This document shows positions 59,981 to 64,000 of a stretch of DNA of 64,000 nucleotides, in pieces. The stretch is from NCBI GenBank assembly GCA_030149205.1, contig JASBSB010000001.1, positions 393,142 through 457,141 on the forward strand. The letters are read 5' to 3'. The DNA comes from Candidatus Heimdallarchaeota archaeon. Lineage in GTDB: Archaea; Asgardarchaeota; Heimdallarchaeia; Heimdallarchaeales; Kariarchaeaceae. Every line of letters begins with the position of its first letter. Within the stretch, counting starts at the first letter, position 1. The notes under the pieces were generated by a model. It did not search any database, was not told the origin of the DNA, and worked only from the letters and a program-made list of their open reading frames with translations. The translations under genes and the position numbers were made by a program.

Positions 59981-61681
59981 TTAACGTCTACCTCTCCTTC
60001 TACGGATTGGCGCTTCTTCTTCTTTAATGTTTTCAACCGCTTCCTCATACATCTTCAATAATTCGACTTCTTGCTCTTTCTCAGCACCATCAGGCAATTT
60101 TTCCGCATATTTTTTCCATACTTTCAGATTCTTTTCCAATTCTGGTTTAAGTCTAAAGCCAACTGAGAGTCCAGTTTGGATAACTCTTCGAATTAGGGAT
60201 AGAAGGTCTTTCTCAGTTACCCCATAGGACTTCCAATTTTTCTTAATTTTTACTAAATCAAGTAGCTGATTTTGGTTTTTGTAAATTCTTTCACCAACTT
60301 CTTTTGATTTGATTTCCATAATTGAATAATAGACAACAGATGACCAAAAATGGAAAGGCTCTGACAGCTCTTCACGGATGTATTCTTGACCTTTTTTCCA
60401 AAATTCAGCTTCCAAATGATTAAATGCATGCACATAGGGTTCTACCTCTTTAGGGTTCTCCGTTAATCTGTTTAACATTGATTTACTAAGAACGATCTGT
60501 AGCCAAATCGATGAGATTGTACCTTTTGCCATCAGCTGTTTTGATTCTTCACCTCTTAGAAGTGGATAAAGTACCTTCTTCCAAAGCTTTCCTGAATCTT
60601 CTCGTACTGATTTTTCTAGAGCCTTATATGGAACCGACCTTAAGGAAATATGGGAGGATAATATTAGGTATAAAGTACTCGCAAGATCGAAATAAGCTTC
60701 TGGAATGTTATTCGTTAGTCTTTGGATTTCACCCAAATAGTAATTTACCACTTTAAGTCTCTGTTTATCAGGATATGGCTGATAAAGTAACATATCTAAA
60801 ACTAACGCATGAGGGAGCAATTCAAGTGCTTCTTTGGTTTCTTCGCTTAATTCAGGAACGTATGTATCTTTCTTCTCTTTAGATGAGCCATCTGCACTGT
60901 CTTCAGAGTTTTCTTCGGCTTGAAAAGAGTTTTCTGGGTAAGTTCCGGATTTAAGGATCTCTAGAAAATCTACTATAAAGGAGTATAATGTGTTGGTTCT
61001 ACCTCTAAGGTCACCATTGGTGAGAGGTTTGGAGTCTGGTTTCTCACCTTTCTCCAAATTTTCATTGTTTATGGGAATGAGTCTTTGGTTGTTGTTATCT
61101 GTTAACCATGATTTATTTTTCAATGCCTCATAGGTATAAGGGTCAAAGAAAGTATCAACAATGCTTGCTAAGGTGGGATTTGATTCCTTTAGCTTTTCAC
61201 TAAGCTCCTTTACCTTGTTTCCTTCAAATAATTTTGGAAGAATCGTAAAATAGAGTATCTCATTGACAAAAACATAAGTTAAATCTAGAGTATCTGAATC
61301 TATTTCATTTAACCAATCTCTTGCTTCTCTTGAGATTTGTTTGTACAACTTGTAAGTCTCAGATTCCTTGATTTCTTTGAATAACGATTTCAGATCAACC
61401 TCTTTGCTTCTTAAAAGGGAAAGTAGTTCATTAAGAATCACATATTTCGGAACAAAGCTTAACAAGCTCTGCTCATCGATAATAGGTTTAATTTTTTCTT
61501 CTCCAGATCGTCGTTGATCAACACGAGAACTTTCGACAATAAACATAAGTTGAGGCAACTGACTGTCTCTAACATCTGAGAATAGTGGAAGTGGGACTTG
61601 AAGCTGTTCTAAAACGCTTATAAAGAACAGATCCCTAGCTTCGGAGAATATTCGTACTGGATTTGGGAGTTCTTCAACCAT
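59981..61681 (-). CDS. hypothetical helical protein with C-terminal Arg-rich tail
   Basis: 566-aa intact ORF, mostly alpha-helical in composition. Ends PIRRRRGRR. No recognised motif. Confidence 0.4.
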   Translation of the reverse strand: MVEELPNPVRIFSEARDLFFISVLEQLQVPLPLFSDVRDSQLPQLMFIVESSRVDQRRSGEEKIKPIIDEQSLLSFVPKYVILNELLSLLRSKEVDLKSLFKEIKESETYKLYKQISREARDWLNEIDSDTLDLTYVFVNEILYFTILPKLFEGNKVKELSEKLKESNPTLASIVDTFFDPYTYEALKNKSWLTDNNNQRLIPINNENLEKGEKPDSKPLTNGDLRGRTNTLYSFIVDFLEILKSGTYPENSFQAEENSEDSADGSSKEKKDTYVPELSEETKEALELLPHALVLDMLLYQPYPDKQRLKVVNYYLGEIQRLTNNIPEAYFDLASTLYLILSSHISLRSVPYKALEKSVREDSGKLWKKVLYPLLRGEESKQLMAKGTISSIWLQIVLSKSMLNRLTENPKEVEPYVHAFNHLEAEFWKKGQEYIREELSEPFHFWSSVVYYSIMEIKSKEVGERIYKNQNQLLDLVKIKKNWKSYGVTEKDLLSLIRRVIQTGLSVGFRLKPELEKNLKVWKKYAEKLPDGAEKEQEVELLKMYEEAVENIKEEEAPIRRRRGRR

Positions 61682-61820
61682 TCTATTTCTAAATTGAATT
61701 CATTACTCCTTTTTTAAAATAATCAATGGAGACAAATAAAATAGAAAATAAAAGAAGGTAAAAAGAAAAGACCTGTTATCTGAAAACCAATTTTTATTTA
61801 ATCTTTGAAAAAGTTCCTGT

Positions 61821-62552
61821 GTGTTTGAACAAATTTTGCTTTATTCCCAACTTTCACTTCTTGGATTCAGTCTTGCAGCCCCACCAGGTCCTGTGAATCT
61901 TGAGATGTTAAAACAAGGATTCGGAAAATACAACACCTATGCTAGAAGTATTTTTACTGGGTTTGGTGCTATGACAGCAGATCTGACCATAGCTCTATCT
62001 ATACTCTTTATAGGTACAGAGTATCTAAGCCACTTTCTTGATAATAGAGAAATTAAAACAACCTTATTCCTCTTTAATGTTGTCGTTATCTTGTACATTG
62101 GAATCTCATCATTAAAATTTAACAGGGAAGATGCAAAAACGATATTTGAAAAAGAACAAACTGATTCAGACTTGGAACTAAAGGAAAAGACAACTAACAA
62201 TTCAAAGTTAAGTGGAGTTCCCAGACAATACATTACAGGATTTTTACTTGCTGGCTCATCACCCTGGAGTTATATATGGTGGATAACATTTGGACCGGTG
62301 GTATTAAATCTTAAGATTCCTCTCCATACCAACTTAGATATAATACAGGCTGCTTTAATTTTTATCCTTGGAATTGGAATTTGGGTGCTCTCATATTGCA
62401 CCCTCTTAGCAATCTCAAACCAAAAAGCCTCTAGATCATTTGTATATTGGATAACAAAAATCTCCTCTGTTATAATAATCTTGTTTGCCGTGAAAATTTT
62501 ATTTGTAGACACCTTGTGCTTGTATGTTCAATATTTCGCTTGTACATATTGA
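61821..62552 (+). CDS. LysE/RhtB-type amino-acid exporter family membrane protein
   Basis: N-terminus LLGFSLAAPPGPVNLEMLKQGF matches the LysE/RhtB signature (G.....PGP). Six TM helices with a central hydrophilic loop. Confidence 0.5.
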   Translation: MFEQILLYSQLSLLGFSLAAPPGPVNLEMLKQGFGKYNTYARSIFTGFGAMTADLTIALSILFIGTEYLSHFLDNREIKTTLFLFNVVVILYIGISSLKFNREDAKTIFEKEQTDSDLELKEKTTNNSKLSGVPRQYITGFLLAGSSPWSYIWWITFGPVVLNLKIPLHTNLDIIQAALIFILGIGIWVLSYCTLLAISNQKASRSFVYWITKISSVIIILFAVKILFVDTLCLYVQYFACTY

Positions 62553-62706
62553 ATGATGAACGCTGAACATATCAGATTGGAACAAATCAAAATACACCGG
62601 AAATCTCATACTTGGAGTGGAATCGACAAAATTTTGGAGAATCAATAACGAATCTTATAAACATTAGGAATCAATCTATGTTCAAGGAAATTTAGGTTTC
62701 CTTTAA

Positions 62707-62821
62707 ACCGAGGTCGCCCAGTCTGGTCAACGGCGGGGGACTTAAGATCCTCTCCTATAGAGGTTCGGGGGTTCGAAACAAGGGCCTTTTTCAGGTACTT
62801 GAGAAAATCCCCCCCTCGGTA
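62707..62821 (+). tRNA. tRNA-Leu (anticodon TAA), class II, with ~30-nt insertion (putative intron) in the T-loop
   Basis: Acceptor ACCGAGG/CCTCGGT, 3-bp D-stem with AGTCTGGTC loop, anticodon arm GGGGA-CTTAAGA-TCCTC, long variable arm, T-stem GGGGG/CCCCC. The T-loop is 37 nt. Confidence 0.6.
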
Positions 62822-62860
62822 TTAAAGAAGGTTTATTAAGAATATATCCGTTTAAAATCT

Positions 62861-63175
62861 GTGAACAACAATAATCTATTAACTAGCACCATAAGAGAGT
62901 TAATGGAGCAAGCAAAGGAAGACGGGGTAATTACCCTAGACGAATTTGAAATCATTGAACAAGTTAGAATAGATGTGAATAACTACACAGAGCTGTTAAG
63001 AAAGGCATATGAAGATAACATCATTACCGAGGTAGAACAGTTCCATCTGAACAAATTAAAGGATAGGATCAAGACACAGGCGGAAAAAGTAGCTAGGACA
63101 GATGGCAAAATTACTGAAGAGGAAAAGGAGATTTTAGAAGCTTTATCACGTGTTCTCATTAATATAAGCAACTAG
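62861..63175 (+). CDS. small TerB-like (tellurite-resistance TerB / DjlA N-domain-like) protein
   Basis: Two copies of the D-G-x-I-T-x-x-E pattern (EDGVITLDEFEII, TDGKITEEEKEILEAL) in a 104-aa helical protein. Confidence 0.3.
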   Translation: MNNNNLLTSTIRELMEQAKEDGVITLDEFEIIEQVRIDVNNYTELLRKAYEDNIITEVEQFHLNKLKDRIKTQAEKVARTDGKITEEEKEILEALSRVLINISN

Positions 63176-63386
63176 TCTTTTATGTTATATTATTAAAATA
63201 TGGATTAACTTTCTCAAATTCCATTGCAGACCAAAGATTTCCACAATCAAATTTCTAAGATTCAAAGTTCCGAGAATTGAAATTTTCATATTCTTCTACA
63301 TACCATTATTTAGAAGCCACGTACATAACAAAGTTATTTTAAAGTTGTAAAACACATCTGATTTAGACATTAGAGAGATGTCCTAG

Positions 63387-63492
63387 GGCAAGGTACTCAA
63401 GTCTGGTCCAAGAGGCGTGACTGGAAATCACGTGTGTTTTGCACGCGGGGGTTCAAAATCACTTTCAAGTGATGAAATTCCCCCCCTTGTCA
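63387..63492 (+). tRNA. tRNA-Ser (anticodon GGA), class II, with ~21-nt insertion (putative intron) in the T-loop
   Basis: Acceptor GGCAAGG/CCTTGTC, D-arm CTC-AAGTCTGGTCCAA-GAG, anticodon arm CGTGA-CTGGAAA-TCACG, 14-nt variable arm, T-stem GGGGG/CCCCC. The T-loop is 28 nt (TTCAAAATCACTTTCAAGTGATGAAATT). Confidence 0.7.
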
Positions 63493-63644
63493 TTGTTATA
63501 ATATTTTAAGCTTAATTATTCTTTTTATTTAATAAGTAAATAGTATCGTAATTCAATAACAGAGTGATTACTGAATGTTTCATGGAATTATCTAGGAATT
63601 ACTTATATCCAAAATGAAGAGAAACCCTGTTAAAACCTAGAAAC

Positions 63645-63950
63645 TTAATTTTTGGTATGTCCAATTCTTTTCTTTGTGGAATATTTGTAACTTAAACCCC
63701 AAATAGCAATAACTGTTGAAACGATAGCAGCGAGATAAAACATCCATGAGAGTGGTAACCCTTGTGGGGCCTCAGTGAAGAAAAACGAAATAAAATACCC
63801 TGTTGCAATTGAGAGAATTGCGCCTATAATCCAACGAAATGGATAATATTGGATTTGATGGGAAATTGAACAAAAATGAACCCCCTTAAAGCTTAAACGA
63901 GGGTTAACCTCAGTAGAACCACACAATGCACAGGTTGGGATGTCTTCCAT
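63645..63950 (-). CDS. small membrane protein with N-terminal zinc-ribbon-like motif
   Basis: N-terminal CALCGSTEVNPRLSFKGVHFCSISH followed by two TM helices. Confidence 0.35.
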   Translation of the reverse strand: MEDIPTCALCGSTEVNPRLSFKGVHFCSISHQIQYYPFRWIIGAILSIATGYFISFFFTEAPQGLPLSWMFYLAAIVSTVIAIWGLSYKYSTKKRIGHTKN

Positions 63951-64000
63951 AATTTTATATGAATTCTTATATTTTAAACATTAGTACGTGTCTATTTGTA

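Noticed and set aside
62553-62620. C-box-like AATGATGA followed by CTGA directly after the LysE-type gene stop, suggesting a C/D-box sRNA
   Set aside because: The CTGA lies only 3 nt after the C box, with no guide-length spacing. No C'/D' and terminal D box in the correct arrangement, and no terminal stem could be found.
1-64000. CRISPR arrays, transposases or integrases
   Set aside because: Non-coding gaps at 25791-26269, 26882-27271, 30319-30733, 36633-37083 and 52234-53282 were scanned by eye. No regularly spaced direct repeats were found, and no ORF resembles Cas, transposase or integrase proteins.
1-64000. Possibility that the contig is bacterial (IcmF, Fpg, BMP ABC transporter are typical bacterial genes)
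   Set aside because: FEN-1 with a eukaryote/archaeal-type N-domain, a TrmB regulator, a Urm1-like protein, a Ras-family GTPase and the T-loop introns in all four tRNAs are not compatible with a bacterial genome. The bacterial-looking genes are better explained as transfers into an archaeon.

Overview
This 64 kb window is a gene-dense, AT-rich stretch (roughly one-third GC by eye) of an archaeal chromosome. FEN-1, a TrmB-family regulator, QueC, a Urm1-like beta-grasp protein and four tRNA genes that each carry an insertion inside the T-loop support the archaeal call. A Ras-superfamily small GTPase next to a roadblock/LC7-domain protein, a second membrane-anchored roadblock-like protein, a large Hsp70/actin-fold ATPase and Urm1 give it an Asgard (Lokiarchaeia)-like flavour. 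That lineage call is inference only.

Recognisable housekeeping and metabolic genes:
- M20 and M24 peptidases
- propionyl-CoA carboxylase beta subunit
- a fused isobutyryl-CoA mutase (IcmF-like: B12 domain + MeaB GTPase + mutase) followed by an ATP-grasp enzyme, with an AstE/AspA-type deacylase on the opposite strand just beyond
- CorA
- a CaCA exchanger
- a LysE-type exporter
- a HAD hydrolase
- a BMP-family ABC uptake system
- a GT-B glycosyltransferase
- an Fpg/Nei DNA glycosylase

Candidate novel or accessory modules:
1. An AT-rich three-gene cassette (beta-class SPPY DNA methyltransferase plus two abutting unknown ORFs) lying about 0.5 kb from the 5' side of a tRNA-Ala.
2. A translationally coupled membrane protein - vWA protein - 883-aa membrane/coiled-coil protein operon.
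3. An 874-aa ASKHA-ATPase plus 442-aa unknown pair.
4. A small-GTPase / roadblock pair.
5. A low-complexity protein with three tandem ~33-aa repeats next to a ZnF-NYN nuclease.

A decayed APH/choline-kinase-like phosphotransferase pseudogene sits in the only long non-coding gap. No CRISPR array, transposase or integrase was recognised.
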